Assembly (NCBI GenBank): GCA_039815375.1
Contig: JBCBZJ010000005.1
Span: forward strand, 64,001 to 128,000
DNA length: 64,000 nucleotides
Source of the DNA: Verrucomicrobiota bacterium
GTDB lineage: Bacteria; Verrucomicrobiota; Verrucomicrobiia; Opitutales; Coraliomargaritaceae
Reading direction: 5' to 3'
Shown here: positions 18,929 through 28,711 of the stretch, piece by piece
How positions within the stretch are numbered: the first letter of the stretch is position 1
How the letters are laid out: every line of letters begins with the position of its first letter
The notes under the pieces: model-generated
Seen by the model: the letters and a program-made list of their open reading frames with translations, nothing else
What the model was told of the DNA's origin: nothing
Database searches by the model: none
Position numbers and translations under genes: made by a program

Positions 18929-20332
18929 ATGTCGGGTCGAAAGATACTCAGCACCTACGAAAAAGCGCTCGCGATCAATTTAGATGCGAAACGTTACGGG
19001 GTGTTTGCAGAAATTGGCGCAGGTCAGGAAACAGCAAATTGGTTTTTTCGAGTATCCGGAAGTGCGGGAACCGTGGCTAAAACGATTTCGGCCTATGATA
19101 TGACGATGAGCGATGCGCTCTATGGCAAGTCGCAGCGCTACGTCTCCGAATCACGGCTGGGTTCCATGCTTGAATATGAGTATGAGATTTTGAGAGAGCG
19201 GTTGAGTGAAAGTCGTGGTGCAGATTCTACCTTCTTTGCCTTTTGCAATACGGTTCGTGCACGTGGCTATAATGATACGGGAGAGTGCTATGGCTGGTTG
19301 GGAATAAGGCTACAGCTCAAGCCGAAGACCGAGCCATGTGATATTGTGATCCATGTTCGCTTGTTGGATGAGACCAACTCCGACCAGATGGAGGCGTTGG
19401 GTAAAATCGGTGTCAACCTGATCTATGCCGCATTTTACTACCGCGATAGCTTGCAGGACTTCGTCGACTCACTGGCCGATGAAGTTTCCTCCGAGAGTAT
19501 GGAGGTTGATATGCTGCGCTTTTCCGGTGATGGCTTTCGCTATGTGGATAATCGACTTTGTGCGCTGCAGCTCGTCCAGAGTGGTTTGACCGACGCTGCC
19601 ATGTTCAATGAGTTTGGCAAAGTGGTTCAAGCTGCCGACGCACTTTACAAAAGACCTATCCTCCTTCTGCGCGGTAGCTTCAACCCTGTCCTTAAGTTGC
19701 ATTTAGACATGATTCGTCAGTCCCGTGCAGTTTTCTCGAGAGCGATGGCTGAGGAGCAACTTGAGCGCTCGATCGAAGTCTGTGAGATCAGCACGAACAA
19801 TTTGCTGCGTGATGACGGTGCGGTAGATCATGAGGATTTTATTGATCGGGCTGATGTGCTTCAAGCCCTGGGCAAAACCGTTTTGATTACCCGCAGCGCG
19901 GAGTTCCACCGTATCGCGACCTATCTAAGCCGGTATACTGCCGAACCGATTGCCATTATCCTCAGCATAGGTCTTTTGAACGAGCTCTTTAAAGAAAAGT
20001 GGTCGAAAAATCTGGCTGGCGGTATCCTCGAGTCCTTTGGCCGTCTATTTAAAAATAGAGTTCAGCTCTATGTTTATCCCTGGCATAATATGCACAGCAT
20101 GGAATTGGTGACTGCGGAGAACTTTAATGCTCCCGAGAATTGGGATCATTTCTATCAACACCTAATTCAAAATAAGCGAGTGATTCCAGTGGGTGTGGGC
20201 GACCCATCGCTGCTCGCTTACACGGGCCGCAAGATTGTAAAAATGATCGAGTCCAGCGATGGCGACTGGTCGAACTGGGTGCCTGAGGAAGCCCATGATA
20301 TGGTGCATCGCAAGATTGGCCGTGTAGGCTAG
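18929..20332 (+). CDS. Conserved protein with C-terminal nucleotidyltransferase-like motif (family often mislabelled 'TonB-dependent receptor')
   Basis: KALAINLD..YGVFAEIGAGQE, AKTISAYDM, LLRGSFNPVLKLH (HxGH-like position). No beta-barrel or signal peptide. ATG at 18929. Confidence 0.75.
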   Translation: MSGRKILSTYEKALAINLDAKRYGVFAEIGAGQETANWFFRVSGSAGTVAKTISAYDMTMSDALYGKSQRYVSESRLGSMLEYEYEILRERLSESRGADSTFFAFCNTVRARGYNDTGECYGWLGIRLQLKPKTEPCDIVIHVRLLDETNSDQMEALGKIGVNLIYAAFYYRDSLQDFVDSLADEVSSESMEVDMLRFSGDGFRYVDNRLCALQLVQSGLTDAAMFNEFGKVVQAADALYKRPILLLRGSFNPVLKLHLDMIRQSRAVFSRAMAEEQLERSIEVCEISTNNLLRDDGAVDHEDFIDRADVLQALGKTVLITRSAEFHRIATYLSRYTAEPIAIILSIGLLNELFKEKWSKNLAGGILESFGRLFKNRVQLYVYPWHNMHSMELVTAENFNAPENWDHFYQHLIQNKRVIPVGVGDPSLLAYTGRKIVKMIESSDGDWSNWVPEEAHDMVHRKIGRVG

Positions 20333-20333
20333 C

Positions 20334-21092
20334 ATGGCGGTTCTATGGAGTAATGTGGTCGACGGGAACCACTACGAAGTTCGTTCGGCTGGAGCGACCT
20401 TGCGGCTCTACCGCAATGGTGTAAACCACTCACAATGGAACCCGATTCGTCCTTTGGCAGGCTCGATTTGGGATTTGATTGTTTTACCCGCTCTGCAGCG
20501 ACCGCAAGGAAGCCTGCATGATGCTCTGATACTTGGCTTTGGTGCAGGCACTGTTGGTCGTCAATTACGAGATATAGTTGGTATTGAGCGAATCGTCGGT
20601 TTAGAGATGGACCCGATGCATCTTTCGATCGCGGACGGCTTTTTCGACTGCTCAGAGGGTTGTGAGCTGATCGCGGGAGATGCTGTCGAGTGGGTCTACG
20701 AGGAGGGAATAGAAGGCACTTATGATTTGGTTATTGATGACTTATACGCGGAAGAAGATGGAATTCCGGTCCGTAGTGCACCGTTGGATACAGATTGGTG
20801 TCGTAAATTAGCCGCTTTATTACGTCCCGGTGGCCTGTTGGTCTTTAATCTAATCGAGCCTGATAAAGTGAGCTCCATACCCCCCGTGCGTGATTCACAG
20901 TTAAACGAGAGATTCCCATTTAAGGTCGTGTATCATATTGACGGATACGAGAATCGGGTGCTTGCGCTAAGTGATGCCCCTTTTGCAGCCAAGGAGCTTG
21001 ATGCCGCGTTGAAGCAGACCTGTCAGCGCTTCCCGAGGTGCTACGGTGTGGCCAAGCGCTACCTGTCCTATGTGCCTCAGTCCTTTGGCTAA
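20334..21092 (+). CDS. Class I SAM-dependent methyltransferase, spermidine synthase-like
   Basis: LILGFGAGT, GLEMDP, GDAVEW, YDLVIDD, LRPGGLLV. Confidence 0.85.
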   Translation: MAVLWSNVVDGNHYEVRSAGATLRLYRNGVNHSQWNPIRPLAGSIWDLIVLPALQRPQGSLHDALILGFGAGTVGRQLRDIVGIERIVGLEMDPMHLSIADGFFDCSEGCELIAGDAVEWVYEEGIEGTYDLVIDDLYAEEDGIPVRSAPLDTDWCRKLAALLRPGGLLVFNLIEPDKVSSIPPVRDSQLNERFPFKVVYHIDGYENRVLALSDAPFAAKELDAALKQTCQRFPRCYGVAKRYLSYVPQSFG

Positions 21093-23014
21093 AGGGGTTC
21101 TCTTTTGAGCGAGGTAATTACAATCTGCCCATCCAGCACACCTTCAAAACGAAAGAGGTAGTTTTCGCCATTATACGTACGCTCGATCTTCTCACCTGAA
21201 CGGTAGGCAACCCCGTCTACGAAAATAGTCCCCTTATTTTCCGGGCTATTTCCTTCGAACCAGGCATCGACTTTGATCGACTTTGAGGCCGCATTCCAGA
21301 GTTCAGCTTCTCCCGGAGATCGAGGCACTTTAAAGATATATTCGTCGGTGAGTTTTGTGCTCAGTAAGTTACTCGGAAAATACTCGCTTTCGTCTTCCCA
21401 AATGATTTCCAGGTCCGCGAGTGGCTCAGGTTCTAGGCTGGAGGGGATCGGTAAAGGGGCATTTGGAAAGTCGCTGAATTGCCAGGTCGGCGTATAGTAA
21501 CTCACTTTACTTTCGCCGCTTGGTAGAGAGCCGTCCAAAGCTAGACTTGGATTGAAACTACTTTCTAGTGCAAATGATGCAGCATTTTGACTGGCAAATG
21601 TATTGTTCGGGATGAAGCCACCTAAGCTTCCATTCGTTGCAAGACTTGCGATTCGTGAAGAAAGGTCTGCATCGAGCCATTGCTTTTGTTCCACGCTTGC
21701 ACGAGCGGTGGCTGGCTCCTGAAAGATCACGATGTCCGTCAGCTTCTGGTCGATACTCTGGGTATTGGTGAATGCAAAGAATCTTGCAGGAGCAAATGAA
21801 CCCATACTCCCGGGCGAGAAATTGACGGGCATACGCTCGCTGCGATCCTCCGGCAAGTCCCCATCTTTCCGATAGGAAGGCACATCGGGATTTAGATTGA
21901 TGCCGTTTAATCTACCGCTGCCTCCGGTTGCGGATTCCAGACTCTGTGCCATACCCCTTAGGTCGGCTCTTCTAAACGTTTCGACGAGTTTGCCCGAGTT
22001 TGCCTGAAGATCTGAAATCTGGCTTCGGACTTTATACATCTCCTCATCAAAGGCTTCGTCGCCGAACATGTCCTTTAGGAGTCCGGCGAATTGCTCGCTG
22101 TTTTCGCCACCAATCTTAACGCCTTTGAGGTTTTTAGTAATCTGCCTAAGTGATTCCAGAGTCGGAGGCATATCATTTGGTTCAGTGCTGCCTTCGGGCA
22201 GATCATCCGTGAAACCATAGACCTTGTTCATATCCTTCATGAAGCTGGCTAGATTCTGCAGATCCTCAGGAGTGGCATTCTTAAGATTCTCGAGCGAGTA
22301 GCGGTTTTCGAGGTCCACGCCTTGCTCCTGCATAAACGCACTCATTGCTGCGCGATACTCGGCAAGCTCGTCCTCTGACATACTCTCCATAAAAGCTCTT
22401 CGCTCCTGAATGAAGTTGATTCCGGACGCGAGATCCTTCGATAAAACCTCCTGTTCTTTATCGGATGACAGAAAAGCAATTGTCGAGAGGGCTTCGCGCA
22501 GAATTCTACCGATGTTGTTGCGACTTTCACCTTGGTAGTTTTTAGCCTGTTCCATCAGCATTTTCGTCTTCTCGTTTGAAACACCGGCGTATTCCGCAAA
22601 ACGCTGGCCCTCCGGCATAATTTTGAGAGAGAGGATCGGCGTGTAGTGGGCGAGAGCTAACTGTGCTGCGACGATTGCGATAGAACTTAGGATGCTACCA
22701 ATTACCGGGATCGAGACTAATTTGAAGACCAGAACAAAAGAAGTCAGAAACAATATGATCGCGATCAAAGCCATGATCACAGTCAAATCGACCGATCCGA
22801 GATAGTGGGTGTTGTTGAGTAGGAAGACTCGGGTGATGACTAAGAGAGTCGCAATCATCAGACCAGTGAAGAGCTTCGCATCGCCAAAGCCTTTGGAGAG
22901 AAGCTTGCAGGCTAAGACGACGACTATCCCCAGAACAAAGACTGAAGTAAGGTGCAATAGCCCATCAAGTGCCAACACTACAAATTCGTTCGAGAGTAGG
23001 GCTTTAAAATTCAC
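21089..23014 (-). CDS. Hypothetical membrane protein (about 4 N-terminal TM helices, helical middle, small C-terminal beta domain)
   Basis: 641-aa ORF with a hydrophobic N-terminus. The C-terminus TIFVDGVAYRSGEKI resembles GspB/GspC-type beta domains. Confidence 0.75.
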   Translation of the reverse strand: MNFKALLSNEFVVLALDGLLHLTSVFVLGIVVVLACKLLSKGFGDAKLFTGLMIATLLVITRVFLLNNTHYLGSVDLTVIMALIAIILFLTSFVLVFKLVSIPVIGSILSSIAIVAAQLALAHYTPILSLKIMPEGQRFAEYAGVSNEKTKMLMEQAKNYQGESRNNIGRILREALSTIAFLSSDKEQEVLSKDLASGINFIQERRAFMESMSEDELAEYRAAMSAFMQEQGVDLENRYSLENLKNATPEDLQNLASFMKDMNKVYGFTDDLPEGSTEPNDMPPTLESLRQITKNLKGVKIGGENSEQFAGLLKDMFGDEAFDEEMYKVRSQISDLQANSGKLVETFRRADLRGMAQSLESATGGSGRLNGINLNPDVPSYRKDGDLPEDRSERMPVNFSPGSMGSFAPARFFAFTNTQSIDQKLTDIVIFQEPATARASVEQKQWLDADLSSRIASLATNGSLGGFIPNNTFASQNAASFALESSFNPSLALDGSLPSGESKVSYYTPTWQFSDFPNAPLPIPSSLEPEPLADLEIIWEDESEYFPSNLLSTKLTDEYIFKVPRSPGEAELWNAASKSIKVDAWFEGNSPENKGTIFVDGVAYRSGEKIERTYNGENYLFRFEGVLDGQIVITSLKREPL

Positions 23015-23159
23015 AGCAGTTCCTAAGACTTTGTTTTTGTCTTATTTTCTCGGCAAGCCCAAACGGAAACCTTGCTAAGGCGGTTTGTAGGCTACGGTAA
23101 AATTCTTAAGAAATCCCTTTACAGTGTCTCACGAGGGACCTTTAGTCCTCCGTTTCACT

Positions 23160-23241
<82 letters not shown>

Positions 23242-23245
23242 ATTT

Positions 23246-23276
23246 AAGGTCGTCACTGATGTGGCGGCCTTCTTTG
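23246..23276 (+). terminator. Hairpin/terminator after tRNA-fMet
   Basis: AAGGTCGTCAC-tgat-GTGGCGGCCTT (two G-U pairs), then CTTTG. Confidence 0.55.
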
Positions 23277-23284
23277 TGCATGTT

Positions 23285-23626
23285 GTGGATAATTCTTACA
23301 AAGTATACGTTTTAGAGAATCCAAATGGAAAGCGCTACATTGGTCTATCGGCTGATGTTGTCGAAAGGCTTCATCAGCACAACAATGGTGAATCGAAATG
23401 GACCTCTAGGTATTGCCCTTGGGAGTTGGTTTGGGCCAGCGATGAGTTGAGTCTTTCGGAAGCCCGTAAACTCGAAAACAAATTGAAGCGCCAAGGTCGA
23501 GGTTCAGGATTCTATTCGATAACCGGTCTGGACCGACTTAATCTAAGGCCTTTGTTGGAAGAAAAGGGTATTTCTGCATCTAAAGATCTGCAAACCGGTA
23601 AGTCTTTTCCGGCGCCGTTTCGTTGA
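23285..23626 (+). CDS. Small GIY-YIG nuclease (YhbQ/UPF0213-like)
   Basis: VYVL...RYIG...ERLHQHN...PWELV...ARKLE. Start uncertain (in-frame GTG at 23261, 23276 or 23285). Confidence 0.85.
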   Translation: MDNSYKVYVLENPNGKRYIGLSADVVERLHQHNNGESKWTSRYCPWELVWASDELSLSEARKLENKLKRQGRGSGFYSITGLDRLNLRPLLEEKGISASKDLQTGKSFPAPFR

Positions 23627-23939
23627 TGGCAAGGCGATCTTTGTTGATTGGAAGTGTCAGAACAATGGAAGGCTTGTCGTCGGACCGCCCCGTGTAAGTC
23701 AATTGTCCAAGCCATGGACTTTTTTTCTCGGTGAAGTTGTAACTGCGACTCTCAAGGTCTTTGCCTAGTGCGACCATTTTTCCACGACTCATTCCGGTTC
23801 CGGCAAAATCGAGTATGAGGTAGCCATTATCGCCCTTATCTTCATCGAAGACGCAATTTACTTCCGGCGTGTGCTTCTGGACGATGACCAGTAATTTAGA
23901 AGTTTTTTCAAGTCGGTGGCGCAGGCTTCGAGGCTTCAT
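23580..23939 (-). CDS. Hypothetical protein
   Basis: ATG at 23939 (MKPRSLRHRLEK); protein-like composition; fills the gap between flanking genes. Confidence 0.75.
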   Translation of the reverse strand: MKPRSLRHRLEKTSKLLVIVQKHTPEVNCVFDEDKGDNGYLILDFAGTGMSRGKMVALGKDLESRSYNFTEKKSPWLGQLTYTGRSDDKPSIVLTLPINKDRLAINETAPEKTYRFADL

Positions 23940-24012
23940 TGAGCGAATATGAATAGCAGAGTTTTGATAATCAAGATTCGCCTTTGTTCCCAATTATGCT
24001 TTAGTCATTCAA

Positions 24013-24552
24013 ATGATTTCTATACTCGTTGGAACCAACCGTCCTGACGCAAACAGCCGTAAAGTGGCTGGCAAGTTACTCGAGCTCTACCAGTCTGCCG
24101 GTTTTGATGCGCAGGTGATTGATCTTGAGGAGTTGCCTCCAGAGATCTTCAAGCCGGAAGCTTACAGCGATAAGCCGGCCTCCTTTAAACCTTTTGCCGA
24201 TGCGGTTCTCTCTTCATCAGGGCTTCACGTTGTGACACCAGAATACAACGGCGGTTTTCCGGGCGTATTAAAATACTTTATCGATATGTTACCCTTCCCC
24301 GAGAGTTTTGAAGGACGCCCTGTCGCTTTTAACGGAGTTGCTGCCGGTATGTTCGGTGCACTGCGTCCCATCGAGCAGCTACAACAGATTTTCGGTTATC
24401 GAAATGCCAATATCTTTCCGAACCGGGTTTTCATCATGAAGGTTCATGAGAGTTTCAATGATAGTGGTGAGATAGTAGATGAAAAGCTTCTCGCCCGTCT
24501 GGATTCCCAAGCCAAAGGGTTCGCCGGCTTTGTTGGTCAATTGAAAGGCTAG
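24013..24552 (+). CDS. NAD(P)H-dependent FMN reductase
   Basis: VGTNR..ANS and TPEYNGGFPGVLKYFID. Confidence 0.93.
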   Translation: MISILVGTNRPDANSRKVAGKLLELYQSAGFDAQVIDLEELPPEIFKPEAYSDKPASFKPFADAVLSSSGLHVVTPEYNGGFPGVLKYFIDMLPFPESFEGRPVAFNGVAAGMFGALRPIEQLQQIFGYRNANIFPNRVFIMKVHESFNDSGEIVDEKLLARLDSQAKGFAGFVGQLKG

Positions 24553-25421
24553 ATGTGCTGGAATAGTTGTTGTGCGTTCCAGCGGAAAAGCATCTCAAGT
24601 TCAGTATCCGACAGGCTGCCTTCGTTCTGGATCTGATCGATGAATTTTTTCATGTCTGCTTGTTTTTGTAGACGAGGGTACAGGCGTAAGGGGTAGTCGG
24701 AACCAAAGAGAATTTTCTCGGGCCCAACTCGTTCAATCACTTCGCGAAACTTGTCCACATCATAGAGCAGGGGATTGGCCGAAGAATCGAAGTAGAGATT
24801 TTTCGGCAATGGCTGATCGGTGAGCCACGGAATACCGCCGCCCCAGTGTGCCAGAATGATTTTCAGCTCGGGTGTTTTCTCAGCCATCCGTAAATAGTCA
24901 TCGAGAGGCGTTGCAACAGCACTGGGATGGTCGCCCGAATCGGCCGAAGCATGGAAGTTGACGGGCCAATCGTGCGTCGCGCACCATGTGGACATGCTCA
25001 GCCAATGTGGATCTTGTGAATCGAAGCCTTGAATTCCCGGGTGGAGTTCGCCGGCACCACAAAGGCCGAGCTCTTGAGCATATTCCAATTGCTCAATCAC
25101 ATCGACGTTCGGAAGAATCGATGCAAATCCAATAAAACGATCCGGTGCCTGCGCAACCCAATCTGAGATGATTCTATTGTGCCAACGACAAGTCGCTTCG
25201 TTTTCCCAATACCAGCCAAGCAAGGCGGCCTTATCGACACCGGCTCGGTCCATTTGGACCAACATTTGCTCGGGCGTGGCCCAGTCCTGAATACTCTTCC
25301 TGTCAGTCGGAGTAACGAGCTCGGCCCAATGGAGCTCATTGTTCGCCTCTGCCCATTTTCGTGGCGCCGAGCTCACCTCTTTGGGGTAGCAATGGGTATG
25401 GCAGTCGATGATCATGCTCAT
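24549..25421 (-). CDS. Amidohydrolase_2 family metallohydrolase
   Basis: IIDCHTH, IILAHWGGG, ILFGSDYP. Confidence 0.9.
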   Translation of the reverse strand: MSMIIDCHTHCYPKEVSSAPRKWAEANNELHWAELVTPTDRKSIQDWATPEQMLVQMDRAGVDKAALLGWYWENEATCRWHNRIISDWVAQAPDRFIGFASILPNVDVIEQLEYAQELGLCGAGELHPGIQGFDSQDPHWLSMSTWCATHDWPVNFHASADSGDHPSAVATPLDDYLRMAEKTPELKIILAHWGGGIPWLTDQPLPKNLYFDSSANPLLYDVDKFREVIERVGPEKILFGSDYPLRLYPRLQKQADMKKFIDQIQNEGSLSDTELEMLFRWNAQQLFQHI

Positions 25422-25467
25422 TCTTTTGAGGAATCTGCCTTTTTCGTTTCCATCTACAAGCACGCAC

Positions 25468-26280
25468 ATGCCTGAACTCGCTGAAGTTGAATATTATCGC
25501 AAGCAATGGTCACCCGGGATCGGACTGATGGTCCGATCGGTTCACTTAAATGAGAAGAAGAGGATTTTTCGAGGTGAGGACACTGAAGCCCTTCAAAGTA
25601 GTCTAGTCGGACAGACACTTGAGCGGTCAGAAACGCATGGAAAACAGATGCTATTTGTTCTTGGGGAGCGTCACTGGCTTGGTATTCATCTTGGCATGAC
25701 GGGAGAGACCTCCGTTCAACCCGTAGACTATAAGCGGCAGAAACACGATCATCTGGTTCTGGAAATGGAGTCGGGTCTAAGGCTCGTCTATTCGGACCCG
25801 CGTATGTTTGGGCGTATTCGCTATGCAACCGGTCTGGAGGCTCCCGATTGGTGGGCGATTCTTCCGCCGCAGATTTTATCCGAATCATTTACGATCGAAT
25901 ACATGCAGGCTTTTCTGAAACGGCGTGCCAAAGCTCCAATCAAAGCCGTCCTGCTCATGCAGGAGGCATTTCCTGGAGTCGGGAACTGGATGGCTGACGA
26001 GATTCTTTGGCGCTGTCGTATCTATCCTGCTGTGCCTGCCGGTTGCATCGGTTCGAGCAAGCGTATTGAATTGTTTGATACACTAAAGGAGGTCTGTCGC
26101 GAGGCCATCCGTGTGATTGGCACGGATTGGAACAGGCCTCCGGATAATTGGCTTTTCAACCACAGATGGAAAGACGGCGGCACATGTCCAGCTACGGGAA
26201 AGCCGTTGTGTCGGGAGCCCATCGGTGGCCGAACCACCTGTTGGTCACCTAGTTGGCAGACCTACCGTGGAAAAAGCTAA
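25468..26280 (+). CDS. Fpg/Nei-family DNA glycosylase
   Basis: N-terminal MPELAEVE, HGKQM, HLGMTG, DPRMFG, GVGNWMADEIL, GGRTT. Confidence 0.92.
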   Translation: MPELAEVEYYRKQWSPGIGLMVRSVHLNEKKRIFRGEDTEALQSSLVGQTLERSETHGKQMLFVLGERHWLGIHLGMTGETSVQPVDYKRQKHDHLVLEMESGLRLVYSDPRMFGRIRYATGLEAPDWWAILPPQILSESFTIEYMQAFLKRRAKAPIKAVLLMQEAFPGVGNWMADEILWRCRIYPAVPAGCIGSSKRIELFDTLKEVCREAIRVIGTDWNRPPDNWLFNHRWKDGGTCPATGKPLCREPIGGRTTCWSPSWQTYRGKS

Positions 26281-26322
26281 GTCTCAGCAGTTGTCATTCC
26301 TCCAGAATCGGCTTTGAATGCC

Positions 26323-27159
26323 ATGATGAACTGGCAAACTGCCCGCAAATTTGAAGACATCCTCTATGAAAAGTGTGATGGCATCGCTAAGGTGACGATT
26401 AATCGACCGCATCGTCGCAATGCCTTCACGCCGGACACAGTTGCAGAGATGATCGAAGCTTTCTCTGATGCGAAAGACGACACTTCGATCGGCGTTGTTC
26501 TGTTAACTGGCTTCAATCCGCAGACAGATGGAAGATTCGCCTTTTGTGCGGGTGGCGATCAGAAGATCCGTGGTCATAAGGCCGGCGGTTATGTCGGGAA
26601 GGACGGCGTGCCACGGCTTAATGTGCTTGATCTGCAAAAACTCATCCGCTCGATGCCCAAGGTTGTCATTGCACTCGTGGCGGGTTACGCAATTGGAGGC
26701 GGTCACGTTCTGCATGTCGTGTGTGACATGACCATTGCGGCGGACAATGCCGTTTTCGGTCAAACCGGCCCTAAGGTGGGTAGTTTCGACGGTGGCTTTG
26801 GTTCAAGTTATCTGGCTCGGATTATCGGTCAGAAGAAGGCACGTGAAATCTGGTATTTGTGCCGCCAATACAGTGCTCAGGAGGCACTCGATATGGGCTT
26901 GGTCAATAAGGTTGTGCCCTATGAGCTGCTCGAGTCAGAGGGCGTGCAATGGGCGAGTGAAATTTTGCAGCACAGTCCGCTGTCGATTCGCTGTTTGAAA
27001 GCTGCTTTTAATGCAGACGTTGACGGGCAGCAAGGACTGCAGGAGCTCGCCGGTAATGCAACGCTCCTTTACTATTTGACCGAAGAGGGCGAAGAGGGGC
27101 GAAAGGCCTGGAATGAAAAGCGCCCGCCCGAATATAAAAAGTATCCTTGGCTCCCATGA
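26323..27159 (+). CDS. menB: 1,4-dihydroxy-2-naphthoyl-CoA synthase
   Basis: [37 protein letters not shown]. Confidence 0.96.
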   Translation: MMNWQTARKFEDILYEKCDGIAKVTINRPHRRNAFTPDTVAEMIEAFSDAKDDTSIGVVLLTGFNPQTDGRFAFCAGGDQKIRGHKAGGYVGKDGVPRLNVLDLQKLIRSMPKVVIALVAGYAIGGGHVLHVVCDMTIAADNAVFGQTGPKVGSFDGGFGSSYLARIIGQKKAREIWYLCRQYSAQEALDMGLVNKVVPYELLESEGVQWASEILQHSPLSIRCLKAAFNADVDGQQGLQELAGNATLLYYLTEEGEEGRKAWNEKRPPEYKKYPWLP

Positions 27160-28655
27160 TTTTAATAAGATACCACCACTTGTTTCTTCTACTTTTAGTA
27201 TGTAGCCCTCTTTTTATCGGTTGCGCGGCCGAAGAGGAGACCAAATTCACAGTCGTTGCCTACAATGTGGAGAACTTCTTTGACATCGATGGAGTCGCGA
27301 TGTTTGACGACTACAAGGTTCCTGACGAGCCCGGTGCTTTTACCTACTCTCGCCATAAGCTTGCTACCAAACTGAACAATGCAGTTGCCGTTTTGAAGAC
27401 GCTGGACAGCGGTGCGGGGCCGGATGTTATTCTCTTTCAGGAGTTTGAAAACGACTTCACACCTGAATCCTCGGTAGAAGACTTCGATGCTTTTCTTTCT
27501 GCACACATCGAGACGACTGTAAACGAGATGCTTCTTGAAGGATGGAAGGAAGAGTTTGCCGGAATCCCTTCGGTCGCATGGATGGTCAAAGCAATGGCTG
27601 ACGCGGGAATGTCGGGTTATGAAGTGGCGGTTGCTCCGGTCAAGACCTTCGACTCGGGGATCGCCCATGTGAACGCGATCTTTTCACGATTTCCAATTCA
27701 GCAGGCCATCTCTCATCCCACACCGGATGCTCGGGATATCCTTGAGGCGCAACTATCAGTCAACGGGAACGCTATTTGGGTTTATTGCAATCATTGGAAG
27801 TCGGGTGCCTCAAGCCCTTCGAGGGAACCGATCCGGGTGGAAAATGCGAAGACTCTGCGTGCTCTGGTAGATGCACGGCTGGCGGAAGACCCGCAGGCTG
27901 ATATCATAATCGGCGGCGACTTGAACTCGCATTACAATCATTCAATTCTCTTTCCGGAAATCGAAACTGGAATAAACGACGTGCTTGGTTCTCACGGCAG
28001 CGAGGCCTTTGCCGAGAATGACCTCTACAATCTATGGTTTGAGCTTCCGGTTCCAGAGCGCTACTCTGAAGTCTGGAGAGGGCGCCGGGGCACACTCATG
28101 CATCTTCTCGTTTCTTCCGGGCTCTATGATGGAGCCGGGGTAAGTTACGTTGATCAGAGCTTCGATAAACTTGTAATCAAAGGGCTTAATGCGGATCAGC
28201 TTGGTCGGCCGCGTAGCTGGCACTTCGCAGGCAAAACTGGCGGTGGCGTTTCAGATCACTTTCCGGTTTTTGCCAAATTCTCGACGGCCTCATTTTCTCC
28301 TGTTGCTGATCTTTCAACTGGTCTTGATGCACCTGCCGAAGAGATTCCGCTTGGCTTCGAATCGGAAAATGTCCGTATCGGAGCGCTGCCGGATGGCGAA
28401 TATCTTGCCGAGCTAACGGATGACGAGCTGGCAGCGAAAGTGGACATACTGCACGTTGTGGAAGCAGAAGTAACCAGTTTCCGGCCTCTTCGATTACGAG
28501 TGAATCAGAATGACTGGGCTGCTTATGCGCCAGCGAGCCGTAATGTGGATCAGCTTCGTCGGATCGGACTTCGTAAAAAGACTCCGATGGTTGTCAGTCC
28601 GGGCTTCTGGAGGGGTGAGCGCCAGTTGATTGTCGAGGGAATAGTCACACGCTAG
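27156..28655 (+). CDS. Endonuclease/exonuclease/phosphatase-family lipoprotein
   Basis: Lipobox [34 protein letters not shown] overlap with the menB stop. Confidence 0.88.
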   Translation: MILIRYHHLFLLLLVCSPLFIGCAAEEETKFTVVAYNVENFFDIDGVAMFDDYKVPDEPGAFTYSRHKLATKLNNAVAVLKTLDSGAGPDVILFQEFENDFTPESSVEDFDAFLSAHIETTVNEMLLEGWKEEFAGIPSVAWMVKAMADAGMSGYEVAVAPVKTFDSGIAHVNAIFSRFPIQQAISHPTPDARDILEAQLSVNGNAIWVYCNHWKSGASSPSREPIRVENAKTLRALVDARLAEDPQADIIIGGDLNSHYNHSILFPEIETGINDVLGSHGSEAFAENDLYNLWFELPVPERYSEVWRGRRGTLMHLLVSSGLYDGAGVSYVDQSFDKLVIKGLNADQLGRPRSWHFAGKTGGGVSDHFPVFAKFSTASFSPVADLSTGLDAPAEEIPLGFESENVRIGALPDGEYLAELTDDELAAKVDILHVVEAEVTSFRPLRLRVNQNDWAAYAPASRNVDQLRRIGLRKKTPMVVSPGFWRGERQLIVEGIVTR

Positions 28656-28711
28656 ACTTCTCGAAGTGGGCTTGCACCGATGCGCCATTTCGCGCAACTT
28701 CCACCGCTTCC

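Noticed and set aside
23284..23292. Single DnaA-box match (TGTGGATAA)
   Set aside because: Isolated and at the start of a coding region; expected by chance.
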